A DNA stretch of 64,000 bases from Chloroflexota bacterium (GCA_036834125.1 DAITOK010000005.1:6331-70330); one strand, 5' to 3'; shown: positions 19,497 to 30,172, counted from the stretch's first letter. The notes: a model not told the origin generated them from the sequence alone. Numbers and translations are program-made.

Positions 19497-20999
19497 CTAA
19501 TTGCCTGCTTCATTTAATGCCAGTTCAATCAAAGTTCTTACTCCAACTCCAGTGGCTCCTTTCACCAAATAACCGCTATCTTTGCTGGCAAGGGCCGTGC
19601 CAGCTATATCAATGTGAACCCAGGGGGTACTATCAACAAATTCGGCTAGAAAAAGGGCGGCAGTGATTGCCCCGCCGTATCTGTTGCCCACATTCTTGAT
19701 ATTGGCGATTTCGCTCTTGATCTGTTCTTTATACTCTTCGGGCATGGGCATCTGCCACATTCTTTCACCGGTCTTCTGGGCGGCTTTTAGCACTTTGTTT
19801 ACTAGGTCCTGGTCGTTGCCGAAGAGTCCACTATAAAGGGTGCCAAGCGCCACTCGGCACGCGCCAGTCAAGGTAGCTAGGTCTATCAAGGGAGATAGAC
19901 CCTGTTTTACCGCGTAACACAGGGCATCAGCTAAGATAAGCCGTCCCTCGGCATCAGTGCTTATTACTTCTATAGTCTTGCCGTTCATCGCCTTCAATAC
20001 ATCTCCAGGCTTCAGGGCTGTGCCACTGGGCAAATTTTCAGTGGCTGGTACGACAGCTGTAACGTTGATTTTCGGCTTCAACTGGGCAATGCCCGCCAGC
20101 GCCATCATTGCAACAGCCGCGCCAGCCATATCACCTTTCATCTCCTCGAGCCCCTCAGACGGCTTGAGAGAAATGCCGCCCGAATCAAAAGTGATACCCT
20201 TGCCCAGAAGGCCTAGCGTTTTCCCCGATTTTTCGTCTCCTTTGTAACTGAGAACTATTAACTTCGGCGGTTGGTTGCTTCCTTTCGCTACGCCCAGAAG
20301 TGCTCCCATGCCCATCGCCTCCATATCTTGTCGGTCAAAGACCTTGAGCTCTAAGTCATATTTGCTGGCTATATCCTTTGCTATTTCAGCCATCTGAGTA
20401 GGTGTCATATAGTTAGCTGGCTCGTTAACCATGTCCCGAGCCAGGTTGGTAGCTGAGGCGACTATTTTGCCCTTGGCGACGGCTTCCTCCAAGGCAGAGA
20501 TGTCCTCTTTCTCTCTGACCACTATGAGCAATTCTTGGATGTCTTCGTACTCAGGCTTCTTATATTTGGTGAAGGTATATGAACCAAGGAGTCCACCCTC
20601 GACTATCGCTTCGGCGCAAATTTCAGGTGCCATACCAGCTGTGCCCGCACCATGAACTATGGTAGCTATCTTGCGGCAATTCAACTTGCGCAATGCACGA
20701 CAGAATTCCCCGGCTACACCACGGACTCTATCCAGATTGAAATCCTGGCGCTTACCAAGGCCGGCAACAGCCACGATCCTGGCAGGCAACTTTCCCAGCG
20801 TATGGATGATGCCGACTTCCCCAAATTTACCCTTGATCTCACCTTGACTGATGAGGGAGCTAATAGCTCCCTCCAGAGCTTTATCCGCGGCAGCAGTAGC
20901 GCCACCGGGTTGTCCTACCCCCTCAAAAAGGTTTACCACAATAGCGTCAGCCTCGGTCTGAACCACGTCTCCAACAATAACCTTAATCTCCATTGTCAA
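19497..20999 (-). CDS. pepA: Leucyl aminopeptidase (M17)
   Basis: M17 signature NTDAEGRL, present as ISTDAEGRLILADAL, plus catalytic-domain conservation. The track start is TTG; ATG at 20993. Confidence 0.9.
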   Translation of the reverse strand: MTMEIKVIVGDVVQTEADAIVVNLFEGVGQPGGATAAADKALEGAISSLISQGEIKGKFGEVGIIHTLGKLPARIVAVAGLGKRQDFNLDRVRGVAGEFCRALRKLNCRKIATIVHGAGTAGMAPEICAEAIVEGGLLGSYTFTKYKKPEYEDIQELLIVVREKEDISALEEAVAKGKIVASATNLARDMVNEPANYMTPTQMAEIAKDIASKYDLELKVFDRQDMEAMGMGALLGVAKGSNQPPKLIVLSYKGDEKSGKTLGLLGKGITFDSGGISLKPSEGLEEMKGDMAGAAVAMMALAGIAQLKPKINVTAVVPATENLPSGTALKPGDVLKAMNGKTIEVISTDAEGRLILADALCYAVKQGLSPLIDLATLTGACRVALGTLYSGLFGNDQDLVNKVLKAAQKTGERMWQMPMPEEYKEQIKSEIANIKNVGNRYGGAITAALFLAEFVDSTPWVHIDIAGTALASKDSGYLVKGATGVGVRTLIELALNEAGN

Positions 21000-21075
21000 C
21001 CCGAAGTGAATAAATTTTGAAACATTTATTTTACTCTATTTGACCGGGGAATTGAAGAGGCGTAAGGGGGTGTGC

Positions 21076-21660
21076 TTATCGCTTTACCGCTCGCACTATT
21101 TTATCAACTGCGGGGGCAATGGCCTGTGAGGTATCAACCACAAAATGATTACGAGAAATTTTCTCCCTGCGAGGCTTCATTTTATTATATACTTCCCAGC
21201 CGGCATCTGAGTCATACCGAGGCAGAGTCCCTTTTTCTCGGGCAAGAAGCCGTCGTTGTACCACCTCGGGGGGAGCCTCAACCCAGACTACGACAAGTTT
21301 TGCTCCGGCTCTTTCGGCAGCGCGGTACAGGTATTCTCGATGGCGTTCCAGCAAGTTTGTGGCGTCAAAAATGATAGGTATTCCCTTCTTCAAGAGCTCT
21401 TCGATGAGAACGTGGCAGGCGGAAAAGAGGCGCTTGTTTTCACTTTCTTTGTATTGAGGGGAGGGGAACAGGATTTTTCGCAAAGTATCGCTGGACAGGA
21501 TAACGAAAGGCAACCGTTCAGCCAACTTGCGACAGAAAAAGGATTTGCCTGTGCCAGGCAAACCGCTGACTATTATGAGAGGGGGTTCGACCTGGGGTTG
21601 AGGCAGAGCGTTGAGGCTTTGCCTCAGTTTCTGGACATCTTGTTCCAACGCGCCTACCAC
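21076..21660 (-). CDS. P-loop kinase-like protein (AAA_33-type)
   Basis: Walker A GLPGTGKS and a small kinase fold; GTG start. Confidence 0.6.
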   Translation of the reverse strand: MVGALEQDVQKLRQSLNALPQPQVEPPLIIVSGLPGTGKSFFCRKLAERLPFVILSSDTLRKILFPSPQYKESENKRLFSACHVLIEELLKKGIPIIFDATNLLERHREYLYRAAERAGAKLVVVWVEAPPEVVQRRLLAREKGTLPRYDSDAGWEVYNKMKPRREKISRNHFVVDTSQAIAPAVDKIVRAVKR

Positions 21661-21768
21661 AGTGGCAGAATTATCAGCATCGGTCAGCTTGGTGTCAAGT
21701 TCGTAGAATTGCGTCTCTCATGCTTGGGAAAGGAATCAGACCATAACCGTGTTCTTGAGCCTTTAAAT

Positions 21769-22836
21769 CTACGCAGCCACGCCAAATGTTCTAAGGAAGG
21801 CGTTGACGACCATGGGGTCAAACTGGGTACCGGAACAACGCTTGATCTCGTTTATAGCATCAGCGACAGACAACGCTGCCCTGTATGGTCGGTCAGAGAT
21901 CATAGCATCAAAGGCATCGGCGATAGCTATGATTCTCGCCCCCAGTGGTATATCGTTGCCTGCTACAAACTGAAGAAGTCCACTGCCATCATAGTGGTCG
22001 TGATGGTGCTCAATTATCCGGGTTATTTTCTCGCCAACTACCGGCCGCACAATGTCGGCGCCAACACGGGTGTGCGTCATAATGTGTTCATATTCCTCAG
22101 GTGTCAGCTTGGCTGGCTTATTCTGGATAAGTTGATCTATGGCGATCTTCCCAACATCGTGGAGCAAGCTTGCCCAGCGCAGGTCTTCCATATCTTGAAG
22201 CGATAAGCCAAGTTCCTTACCTATAGCCAACGCTATATCGGTGACACGGCGAGAATGTCCACCAGTATATTTGTCCTTGGCTTCGAGGGCAGATACCAAC
22301 GCCTCAATGGAACCGAGAAAAAGCTTTCTCAGCTCATTGGTCTGTTCTTCGATCTTCTCTTCCAGGTATGTCTGATACTCTCTGATCTCGAGCTGTAGCC
22401 GTCTTTTGTCGAGAGCCCTTTCTACAGCTAAAGAAACCTCGTCCATATTGAATGGCTTGGTGAGATAATCATCAGCTCCTCTTTTCAGGCACTCCACAGC
22501 AGTTTTCATGTCGGTAACTGCTGTAGCCATGATGACCGCTGTGTCAGGATAGGTTGACTTTATCTGTGGCAGAAGTTCGGTTCCTGGTCTGCCTGGCAGC
22601 TTGATGTCCAGAATAACCAGAGCAATGGGAACGGCTTGCAATTTATTTAAGGTTTGCTCAGCATCAGAAGCCTCCTCGCACTGATAGCCGTCGTCAGATA
22701 GTTTCCGGCACAGGATTTTCCTGATGGTAAGTTCATCGTCAACAATGAGCAGGGTTTCCCGCTGGCTGCCTCCGATCTTATCGTCCGCTAGAACATTCTC
22801 CGTCATTATTTCGACTCCTTTCCTGTTCAGTGTCAT
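21769..22836 (-). CDS. Two-component response regulator: REC domain plus HD-GYP-like HD phosphohydrolase domain with degenerate GYP (HHHDHYDGSGLL)
   Basis: REC: LLIVDDELTIRKIL...DIKLPGRPG. HD: HSRRVTDIAL...LLHDVGKIAI...HHHDHYDGSG. Its ATG overlaps the kinase TGA (ATGA), indicating translational coupling. Confidence 0.85.
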   Translation of the reverse strand: MTLNRKGVEIMTENVLADDKIGGSQRETLLIVDDELTIRKILCRKLSDDGYQCEEASDAEQTLNKLQAVPIALVILDIKLPGRPGTELLPQIKSTYPDTAVIMATAVTDMKTAVECLKRGADDYLTKPFNMDEVSLAVERALDKRRLQLEIREYQTYLEEKIEEQTNELRKLFLGSIEALVSALEAKDKYTGGHSRRVTDIALAIGKELGLSLQDMEDLRWASLLHDVGKIAIDQLIQNKPAKLTPEEYEHIMTHTRVGADIVRPVVGEKITRIIEHHHDHYDGSGLLQFVAGNDIPLGARIIAIADAFDAMISDRPYRAALSVADAINEIKRCSGTQFDPMVVNAFLRTFGVAA

Positions 22837-25800
22837 ATTCCGGTGATGGGTAGCTCAATAAAGAAAGTAGCTCCCCTGCCGGGCTCGCTCTCAGCGTATA
22901 TCTGCCCGCCATGCTCCGTGACTGTGCCATGGCAGATGCTCAGCCCTAGCCCCGTGCCCTTGCCTGGTTCCTTGGTTGTGAAGAACGGGTCGAATATGCA
23001 CCTCAAGTTTTCCGGCGGAATTCCTGGACCATCGTCAGCAAATGAAATCAGTACAGTGTTGTCTAGCTTCTTCGTGGTGATGGTTAAAGTTCCTCGTTTA
23101 TGCGCCTCGATCATAAAGTATTCAGCATTGATGATGATATTAAAGAAAACTTGCTGCATCTGGAAGGCGTCCGCCATCACTTCGGGAAGGTCAGGGGCAA
23201 GTTGTTTCACCACTTCAATATTGTTTGCTTTAAGTTCGTAGGCACGCAATTTAAGTGTGTCTTCGATAAGCTTATTAATCTGGCAGCGCTGTTTTATAGG
23301 CGTGTGCTTACGAGCAAATGTCAGGAGATTCTTCGTCACGTTGGCAGCCCGCTGAGCCTGCTCGTGGATGAGTTTCACATCCTCGCGGATATCGTCAGGT
23401 ATGTTCTTGTCCAGGAGCAACTGGGAGAAGCCAATAACGCTTGTTAGGGGGTTGTTAAGTTCATGGGCGGTGCCGGCAGCCAGTTCGCCCAGAGCGACTA
23501 GTCGGTCAGTCATCATCAGCCGCTCGCGCTGCCTCTTTTGCTCGGTGATGTCAACAAAAGAAACTAACCAGGCTAATCTACCCTCGTGGCTAATCTTCGA
23601 AGCCAAAGTGCTTATCCATATTTCTCTGCCATCCTTGGTCAGTGCCCGTACATCGTGGGCCTCTCTTGAGCTCCCTTCCATCAAAGTCTGCTTGGCAATC
23701 TGCAGAACCCTCTCCTTTTTGTCAGGACTGAGGAAGTCCAGCGGATTCACTTTGAGCGATTCTTCTGCAGAATTGAAGCCAAACATTCTCAGGGCGGCTT
23801 GATTAGCCATCAGCACCTTCATAGTTTCGGCATCCAGAACAACCGTGCCGGTGACCATGTTATCGAACAAAGTCCGATACTTTTCCTCGCTTGTTCGGAG
23901 TGCTTCCTCCACCTGCTTGCGCTTGGTGATGTCGGTGAAAGACAGTAACGCAGCGGGTCTGCCTTTGAATGTGATCCTCGCGCCTGTCACATTTACCCAT
24001 AGTTTTCTGCCGTCTCTGGTCAGTGCTTGAAGGTCAGTGCTCTCCCGCGTATTCTTTTCAAACACTTCCTTTACCAGAAGTTCGAAGTTTTTCTGTATAT
24101 CCTCGGGAGGAGAGAAGCTGAAGAGATTTATGCCGGCTTCTGGTGAGGTAAACCCGAACATCTTCAAAGCTGCTTGGTTAGCCATAAGTATCTCCATGGT
24201 TTCGGCATCCACAACAACTGCCCCAACAATGGAACTCTCGAATAAAGCTCTATATCTCTCCCTACTTTGTCGAAGTTTTTCTTCGGCTTGCCTACGCTCG
24301 GTGACATCGCGTCCCACGCCACGGAAGCCGATTATCTCTCCCTTCTCGTTTCGCACCAAGGAGACAGAGGTTTCGGCAAAGCCTTGCACACCGTCTTTGC
24401 GGATGGTTTTCCAGGAGAATCCTTTGTTAGGCATGCCAGTGCGGTATACTTCATTGAAAACCCGGAATACGTTTTCGATATCCTCCGGAGCTGTAAACCT
24501 TTTGTAACTCATGCCAATCAGTTCTTCTCTGGTGTATCCCAGGTCGCGGCATACCGAATCATTGACAAATGTCAGATGTCCACCTAGGTCAACCTCGAAG
24601 TAAGCATCTTCCATCTGTTCCAGTATGGTTCGGTATCTTTCCTCAGACCGCCGCAGTTTGTCTTCTGCCTCTTTGCGCTCGGTGATGTCAGTAAAACAGA
24701 TTAAACCTGCTAGCCTATCTTCATGGATAATCCTCGCACCAGTGGCGCTGAGCCAAATTGTTCTACCAGCTGTGGTTAATGCCTGAATCTCGTGAGTCGT
24801 ACGCAGGTCTTGTTCGAATACTTCCCTGTTGATAGTCTCCCTCACTCGCTCTCTGTCTTCTGGAGGAACGTAGTCAAGAAGATTTATTCCTAGGGCAAGA
24901 GCTTCCTCTGGAGAGCCAAACCCGAATATCTTGGCAGCAGCCTGATTAGCCATGACCACTCTCATGGTTTGAGCATCAATAACAAGCGTGCCGATAACCG
25001 AGCTATCGAACAAAGCTCGATACTTCTCTTCGCTCTGTCGCAGCGCCTCTTCTGCTCTCTTGCGCTCGGTGACATCACGTCCCACGCCACGGAAGCCGAT
25101 TATCTCTCCCTTCTCGTTTCGCAACAAGGAGACAGAGGTTTCGGTAAAGACTCGCACACCGTCTTTGCGGATGGTTTTCCAGGAGAATCCTTTATTAGGC
25201 ACGCCGGTGCGGTATACTTCATTGAAAACTTTAAACACAGTCCCGACATCCTCTTGGGCTGTAAAGTTGCTGTAATTCATGCCGATTAGCTCTTCTCTTG
25301 AGTACCCTAGGCTGCGGCACAGCACATCATTGACGAATGTGAGGTTGCCGGCTAGGTCAGTCTCGAAGTAACTGTCCTCCATCTGTTCCAGTATGGTTCG
25401 GTATTTCTCTTCAGAATCTCTTAACTTTTGTTCTGCTATCTTTTGCTCGGTGATATCGACAAATGAGATTAGGGCTGCTACCTTGCCGTCGTACATAATC
25501 CGCGCCCCTGTGGCATATATCCATATCTGTCTGCCGTCCTTTGTCACTGCCCGAATATCGTAAGGACGTCGTAAATCCCGCTCAAACAGGCTCTTCTCGA
25601 TGATATTGCGAATCGAATCCCTATCCTCAAGGGGAACGAAATCAAGCGGGTTTACTCCGATCGCCTCCGCTGGGGAGGCAAATCCAAACGTTGTAGCGGC
25701 GGCTCGGTTAGCCATGATTACTCTCATGGTTTCGCGATCCAGGACAAGCGTGCCGATGACGGCGCTCTCGAATAAAGCTCGGTACCGTTCTTCGCTTTGC

Positions 25801-27305
25801 CTCAGGGCTGCCTCTGCTTTCTTGCGCTCGGTGATGACGTTGAAAGAAACCAAAGCGGCCGGTTTGCCTTTGTACATAATCCTGGCGCTCGAAATGCTTA
25901 TCCATCCCGGTTGCCCATCTCTGCCTCTTACCCGAAGTTCGTGGGTTCGCCGCGAGTCCTGTTCAAACTCCTTCACGGCAACCTCAAGGACTTCCGCTCG
26001 GTCCTCAGGGAAAACAAAGTCCAGTGGATTTACACCAACGCCCTCTTCTGCAGAACCGAAGCCAGCCATTTCTCGAGCAGCTCGATTGCTCTTTACTGCT
26101 GTCATAGTTTCAACGTCTAAGACATACAGACCAACTGCTGCGCTGTCGAACAAAGTTTTATAGTTCTCCTCGCTTTGCCGTAACGCCTCCTCCACTCTCT
26201 TACGATCGGTGACGTTTCTGGCAATCTCGAGGCATGAGACAATTCTGCCGGCGGCGTCTCTGATAGGGCTAACTGTATTCTCCCAGTAGATAATTTCTCC
26301 TGAAGGCATGACTGTTCTTCTTTCGACAGTATGAGTCTTTCCGTCCTTGAACGCCTTTTCGACCGGACAGCCATCGCAAATTTTTTTTCGACCTTCGAAA
26401 ATTTGATAACATTTCTCGCCAAGATGTTCACCAAAGCGTTTCTTGGAGGGTTCGTTCTGATAGATAATGTTGTATTCTGTATCCACCATCACAAGCCCGT
26501 ATTCTATGGCACTTACTAATGATTGCAGCTTGTTCCTCTCGTTTTGTAGTGCCTCTTCTGCTTCCTTACGCTGGGTGATGTCCTTAGCTAAAACAGAGAT
26601 GCCACTCCGGGTTGGGTAGGCGTTTATTTCAAAGGTATAGTGTCTGCCGCCAATATCGAAGTCATTCACAAAAGTCTGGGGTTGTTGTGTTTTCAGTACG
26701 TTTCGGTATGTTTTGATCGCTCTTCTCAACCCAGGCGAGTCGGGGAAAACCTCATTGATGGATTTTCCAATAGCGTCCTCTGCCCGAATTCCGGTTAATA
26801 TTTCCGATGCCTTGTTCCAATATGTATATTTCAAGTCTTTGTCCATTGCGAAGAAGACATCGGTAATGCTGTTGGCGAGCTCCTTGTACCTCTCTTCGCT
26901 TTCTTTTAATGCGTCTTCCATCTGCTTGCGTTCGGTAATTTCCATATAATTTCCCAAGATTGCCCGCTTTCCTTGGTACTGAACTGATCTGACTGTCGCC
27001 ATCACCCAGATGATGCTGCCGTCTTTACGAATGACGCGAAATTGATAAGGCTTGGTGAGCTCTTTCTTCAACATCTTTAAGGTATTTTCTCTGACTGTCT
27101 CTCTGTCCTCGGGAAAGATAATCTCTAATGAATCCTTCCCCTCTAGTTCCTCTGCCGTGTAGCCGGTAGCCATTGAGAAATTGTGGTTGACGTAGCAAAA
27201 CTTGCCATCCTGCATGATGCAGAGACCCACTGGTGCTCCCTCGCCCAATATCCTGAATACTTCCTCTTCATCCCTTCGTTTGACCGCGGTTCTCGCTGGT
27301 TTCAT
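22833..27305 (-). CDS. Cytoplasmic multi-PAS (~10 PAS/PAC) sensor histidine kinase
   Basis: 1490 aa with no TM segment. Repeated linkers of the form ITERKxAEEALRQSEEKYRxLF between PAS units; one PAS carries CxxC. The C-terminus has HisKA (HELNNPLTSVIGFSQLL) and HATPase_c (DDGPGIP...GTGLGLSI). GGAGG RBS before the ATG at 27305. Confidence 0.9.
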   Translation of the reverse strand: MKPARTAVKRRDEEEVFRILGEGAPVGLCIMQDGKFCYVNHNFSMATGYTAEELEGKDSLEIIFPEDRETVRENTLKMLKKELTKPYQFRVIRKDGSIIWVMATVRSVQYQGKRAILGNYMEITERKQMEDALKESEERYKELANSITDVFFAMDKDLKYTYWNKASEILTGIRAEDAIGKSINEVFPDSPGLRRAIKTYRNVLKTQQPQTFVNDFDIGGRHYTFEINAYPTRSGISVLAKDITQRKEAEEALQNERNKLQSLVSAIEYGLVMVDTEYNIIYQNEPSKKRFGEHLGEKCYQIFEGRKKICDGCPVEKAFKDGKTHTVERRTVMPSGEIIYWENTVSPIRDAAGRIVSCLEIARNVTDRKRVEEALRQSEENYKTLFDSAAVGLYVLDVETMTAVKSNRAAREMAGFGSAEEGVGVNPLDFVFPEDRAEVLEVAVKEFEQDSRRTHELRVRGRDGQPGWISISSARIMYKGKPAALVSFNVITERKKAEAALRQSEERYRALFESAVIGTLVLDRETMRVIMANRAAATTFGFASPAEAIGVNPLDFVPLEDRDSIRNIIEKSLFERDLRRPYDIRAVTKDGRQIWIYATGARIMYDGKVAALISFVDITEQKIAEQKLRDSEEKYRTILEQMEDSYFETDLAGNLTFVNDVLCRSLGYSREELIGMNYSNFTAQEDVGTVFKVFNEVYRTGVPNKGFSWKTIRKDGVRVFTETSVSLLRNEKGEIIGFRGVGRDVTERKRAEEALRQSEEKYRALFDSSVIGTLVIDAQTMRVVMANQAAAKIFGFGSPEEALALGINLLDYVPPEDRERVRETINREVFEQDLRTTHEIQALTTAGRTIWLSATGARIIHEDRLAGLICFTDITERKEAEDKLRRSEERYRTILEQMEDAYFEVDLGGHLTFVNDSVCRDLGYTREELIGMSYKRFTAPEDIENVFRVFNEVYRTGMPNKGFSWKTIRKDGVQGFAETSVSLVRNEKGEIIGFRGVGRDVTERRQAEEKLRQSRERYRALFESSIVGAVVVDAETMEILMANQAALKMFGFTSPEAGINLFSFSPPEDIQKNFELLVKEVFEKNTRESTDLQALTRDGRKLWVNVTGARITFKGRPAALLSFTDITKRKQVEEALRTSEEKYRTLFDNMVTGTVVLDAETMKVLMANQAALRMFGFNSAEESLKVNPLDFLSPDKKERVLQIAKQTLMEGSSREAHDVRALTKDGREIWISTLASKISHEGRLAWLVSFVDITEQKRQRERLMMTDRLVALGELAAGTAHELNNPLTSVIGFSQLLLDKNIPDDIREDVKLIHEQAQRAANVTKNLLTFARKHTPIKQRCQINKLIEDTLKLRAYELKANNIEVVKQLAPDLPEVMADAFQMQQVFFNIIINAEYFMIEAHKRGTLTITTKKLDNTVLISFADDGPGIPPENLRCIFDPFFTTKEPGKGTGLGLSICHGTVTEHGGQIYAESEPGRGATFFIELPITGI
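24287..25838 (-). repeat. Intragenic tandem direct duplication, two ~775-bp units each encoding a PAS-PAS pair, within the histidine kinase
   Basis: Segments 24290-24440 and 25070-25215 are ~93% identical at the DNA level (GTGACATC[G/A]CGTCCCACGCCACGGAAGCCGATTATCTCTCCCTTCTCGTTTCGCA...). 24610-24680 and 25385-25460 are ~75% identical, with the same ~775-780 bp offset. The mirror-image antisense ORFs 24267-24587 and 24969-25289 in the track are a by-product. Unit boundaries are approximate. Confidence 0.8.
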
Positions 27306-27315
27306 GGCTACCTCC

Positions 27316-27534
27316 TCAGCTTTTCAACCTTACGGCGATAATATGGTTAGTCTTTGCTCTGATGCTCTCCAATTGCTCTTTGGTGAACAATCTCCAACCC
27401 CGCCAATCCCGATATTCGACGTCAGAAATTGTGCCCTCTTTTAACCATCTGAACAGGGTGTTTCTGCTGATACCCAGTATCCGACAGACTTCAGCGGTCC
27501 TGTAATAAGTTTGGTCGTTGATAATCACTGGCAT
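27316..27534 (-). CDS. Small HTH DNA-binding protein (MerR-superfamily / excisionase-type HTH_17), first gene of the kinase operon
   Basis: 72 aa. AEVCRILGISRNTLFRWLKEGTI is an excisionase/AlpA-type HTH. Its stop lies 10 nt before the kinase RBS. Confidence 0.7.
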   Translation of the reverse strand: MPVIINDQTYYRTAEVCRILGISRNTLFRWLKEGTISDVEYRDWRGWRLFTKEQLESIRAKTNHIIAVRLKS

Positions 27535-27566
27535 GTTTCTTGCCCAGCAAGTATATTTGGATATAC

Positions 27567-27580
27567 CATACTATAGTATG
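27567..27580. promoter_or_regulatory. Perfect 14-bp palindrome CATACTATAGTATG, a candidate operator overlapping the -10 region of the HTH-kinase-regulator operon
   Basis: Read directly. It lies 33-46 bp upstream of the HTH gene ATG (27534) and contains TATAGT on the transcribed strand. Confidence 0.45.
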
Positions 27581-27725
27581 AATCACACCTTAGTAAAGTT
27601 ACAATCACCCATTTGTACTATCTACCGTATTACTTTAGTCCTGGTAAGGTTAGTCCCTTCGGTGTGTTTTGGCAAGGAAAAGGGGTTACTTGGGTTAACT
27701 GGAGCTTCTGTAAGCGATTGCCGGA

Positions 27726-29717
27726 TTATTTTCTAGTTATGGGGGAGAATAGTTCTTCGTCTTTTCTCAATTCGATAATGCGGTCACGGATGAGGGCTGC
27801 CTTTTCAAACTCCAGATTCTTGGCTGCGGCTTTCATCTCTGATTCCAGTTGCTTGATGAGCCGGGTTATTTCCTCCTTGGACATAGGGGTAACTTTGTAA
27901 GGAACTCTGGTTTCGGCTACTACTTGAACTCGCTCTGTAATGTCCTTGATTGCCTTCTTGATTCCCTGAGGAGTTATGCCATGTTCTCTATTATAAGCTT
28001 CCTGAATCTGTCGGCGGCGTCTGGTCTCGTCTATCGCCTTCTGCATGGATTGAGTAATGGTGTCTGCGTACATGATGACATGAGCGTTAACATGTCGGGC
28101 AGCACGCCCCATGGTCTGAACTAGTGCCTCCTCTGACCTGAGATAGCCTTCCTTATCCGCATCGAGGATAGCTACCAGGCTCACTTCGGGCAAATCCAAC
28201 CCTTCCCGAAGGAGATTGATACCTACTACTACATCGTAAACGCCGAGACGAAGGTCACGAAGGATTTCTACTCGTTCCAACGTTTCTATCTCTGAATGCA
28301 AGTAGTGGGTCTTGATATCCATCTCCCTCAGGTAGTCGCTCAGCTCCTCAGCCATGCGCTTGGTGAGCGTGGTTACCAGACACCGCTCTCCCTTTGCTAT
28401 GCGGCTTTTTATTTGGTAAATAAGGTCATCAATTTGTCCCTTGGTTGGCTTGACCTCTACAGTCGGCTCCAGCAGACCGGTGGGGCGAATTAATTGCTCC
28501 ACTATTTGCTGGCTTCGCTCACGTTCATATGGCTTGGGTGTAGCTGAGACGTAGATAACTTGGTTGATACGCTGGTTGAACTCTTCAAAATTAAGCGGGC
28601 GGTTGTCCAGAGCCGAAGGGAGGCGGAAACCATAGTCAACTAGCGTCTGCTTTCGAGAAAGGTCACCGTGATACATGCCCCTAATCTGCGGTAGGGTCAT
28701 ATGTGATTCATCAATAAACATCAAGTAGTCGTCAGGGAAGTAATCCAGTAGAGTCCAGGGTGTGCTTCCCGGTGCCCGCCGCTGAAGATGCCGCGAGTAG
28801 TTTTCTATGCCAGTACAATACCCTACCTCTTGAAGCATTTCAATGTCATAATTCGTGCGTGCTTCAAGCCTCTGGGCTTCCAATAACTTTCCTTGGCTTC
28901 TTAATTCTTTCAGTCTTTCCTCCAGTTCGGCTTTGATATCCTCGATTGCTGCCATCAATTTTTCGTGGGAAGTAACGAAATGCTTGGCTGGGTAAATATC
29001 CGCCTGGTCAAGGCAGGACAATACCTCGCCAGTTAAAGGGTCAATCTCCACAATACGCTCAACTTCGTCGCCCCAGAACTCTATTCTCAGTGCGGTTTCT
29101 TCATACGCTGGGTGAATCTCCAGGGTATCTCCGCGAATGCGAAACTTACCCCTGCTAAAATCATAGTCGTTCCTTTCGTATTGCATATCCACCAAACGAC
29201 GGACCAATTTGTCTCGCTTGTACTGTTTGTTCTTTTCAACAGTCAAGGTAAAGCTCCGATATTCGTCAGGTGCACCTAAACTATAGATACATGAAACTGA
29301 AGCGACGATGATGACATCCCGGCGTGTGAACAAAGCCCTGGTAGCGGCGTGGCGTAGCTTGTCAATCTCCTCATTTATATCGGTTTCCTTCTCTATATAG
29401 AGGTCAAGACTAGGAACGTAAGCCTCTGGCTGATAATAGTCGTAGTAGCTGACAAAATACTCCACAGCATTTTCGGGGAAGAATTCCTTGAACTCGGTTG
29501 CTAGCTGAGCAGCCAGCGTCTTGTTGTGGCAAATAACTAAGGTTGGTCTTTGTACTCTCTCAATGACATTAGCCATAGTGAAGGTCTTACCACTGCCAGT
29601 GACTCCCAGCAGCGTCTGTTCCCGGTAACCTTTCTGTAACCCTTCAACTAACTTGTCAACCGCCTGGGGTTGGTCGCCGGTAAGTCGGAAATCCGAAACT
29701 ATCTTAAATTCAGGCAT
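27726..29717 (-). CDS. uvrB: Excinuclease ABC subunit B
   Basis: UvrB helicase motifs ([12 protein letters not shown]) and a C-terminal UvrB/UvrC interaction helix. ATG at 29717 ([10 protein letters not shown]); the track start 29741 is GTG. Confidence 0.92.
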   Translation of the reverse strand: MPEFKIVSDFRLTGDQPQAVDKLVEGLQKGYREQTLLGVTGSGKTFTMANVIERVQRPTLVICHNKTLAAQLATEFKEFFPENAVEYFVSYYDYYQPEAYVPSLDLYIEKETDINEEIDKLRHAATRALFTRRDVIIVASVSCIYSLGAPDEYRSFTLTVEKNKQYKRDKLVRRLVDMQYERNDYDFSRGKFRIRGDTLEIHPAYEETALRIEFWGDEVERIVEIDPLTGEVLSCLDQADIYPAKHFVTSHEKLMAAIEDIKAELEERLKELRSQGKLLEAQRLEARTNYDIEMLQEVGYCTGIENYSRHLQRRAPGSTPWTLLDYFPDDYLMFIDESHMTLPQIRGMYHGDLSRKQTLVDYGFRLPSALDNRPLNFEEFNQRINQVIYVSATPKPYERERSQQIVEQLIRPTGLLEPTVEVKPTKGQIDDLIYQIKSRIAKGERCLVTTLTKRMAEELSDYLREMDIKTHYLHSEIETLERVEILRDLRLGVYDVVVGINLLREGLDLPEVSLVAILDADKEGYLRSEEALVQTMGRAARHVNAHVIMYADTITQSMQKAIDETRRRRQIQEAYNREHGITPQGIKKAIKDITERVQVVAETRVPYKVTPMSKEEITRLIKQLESEMKAAAKNLEFEKAALIRDRIIELRKDEELFSPITRK

Positions 29718-29883
29718 CTGGTTTCCCCCACAACAGCCCACTGTTAAATATATAGGAATCGGCAGGATTTTGCATGGTCAGACGGATGCGGAATTGCCTG
29801 CAAGGTCGTATCCAACCTACCTTGTGCGAAGGAGCAATTCGTGATAGAATTTGACAGCAATACAAAGAAAGGAACTCAGTGAA

Positions 29884-30141
29884 ATGAAGTCTTACGATGA
29901 ACTTTCCAAGGAACAAGCAGCCAGGGAAGGCAGGCTGTTGTCTGACTTTTCGCAAGCGGAGTTAGAAAAGATGAGTGGCTTTGAAGCCGAGTTGGGGCAG
30001 CGACGGGACGAGATTCTGTTCAAGATTGCAACCGAAATAGAGGATTCGAAGAATGCTCTGGAGCAGGTTGAACAGCTTGCTCGAAGGCTTAAGAGACACT
30101 TAGAAAAGCTAACGCAGATACAGCAAATTCTGTCTAAATAG
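29884..30141 (+). CDS. Hypothetical coiled-coil protein (~85 aa)
   Basis: ATG at 29884 after AAAGGAA. MKSYDELSKEQAAREGRLLSDFSQAELEKMSGFEAELGQRRDEILFKIATEIEDSK...; no domain recognised. Confidence 0.45.
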   Translation: MKSYDELSKEQAAREGRLLSDFSQAELEKMSGFEAELGQRRDEILFKIATEIEDSKNALEQVEQLARRLKRHLEKLTQIQQILSK

Positions 30142-30172
30142 CTTGGAGTCGGGCGAAGTCCCTATACAGCCA

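Noticed and set aside
21256-22206. 316-aa plus-strand ORF
   Set aside because: It runs antisense across the well-supported response-regulator and P-loop kinase genes, so it is spurious.
24267-25289. Two near-identical 106-aa plus-strand ORFs (24267-24587 and 24969-25289) in the ORF track
   Set aside because: They are antisense to the histidine kinase and simply mirror its ~775-bp tandem duplication. They have no RBS and no independent support.
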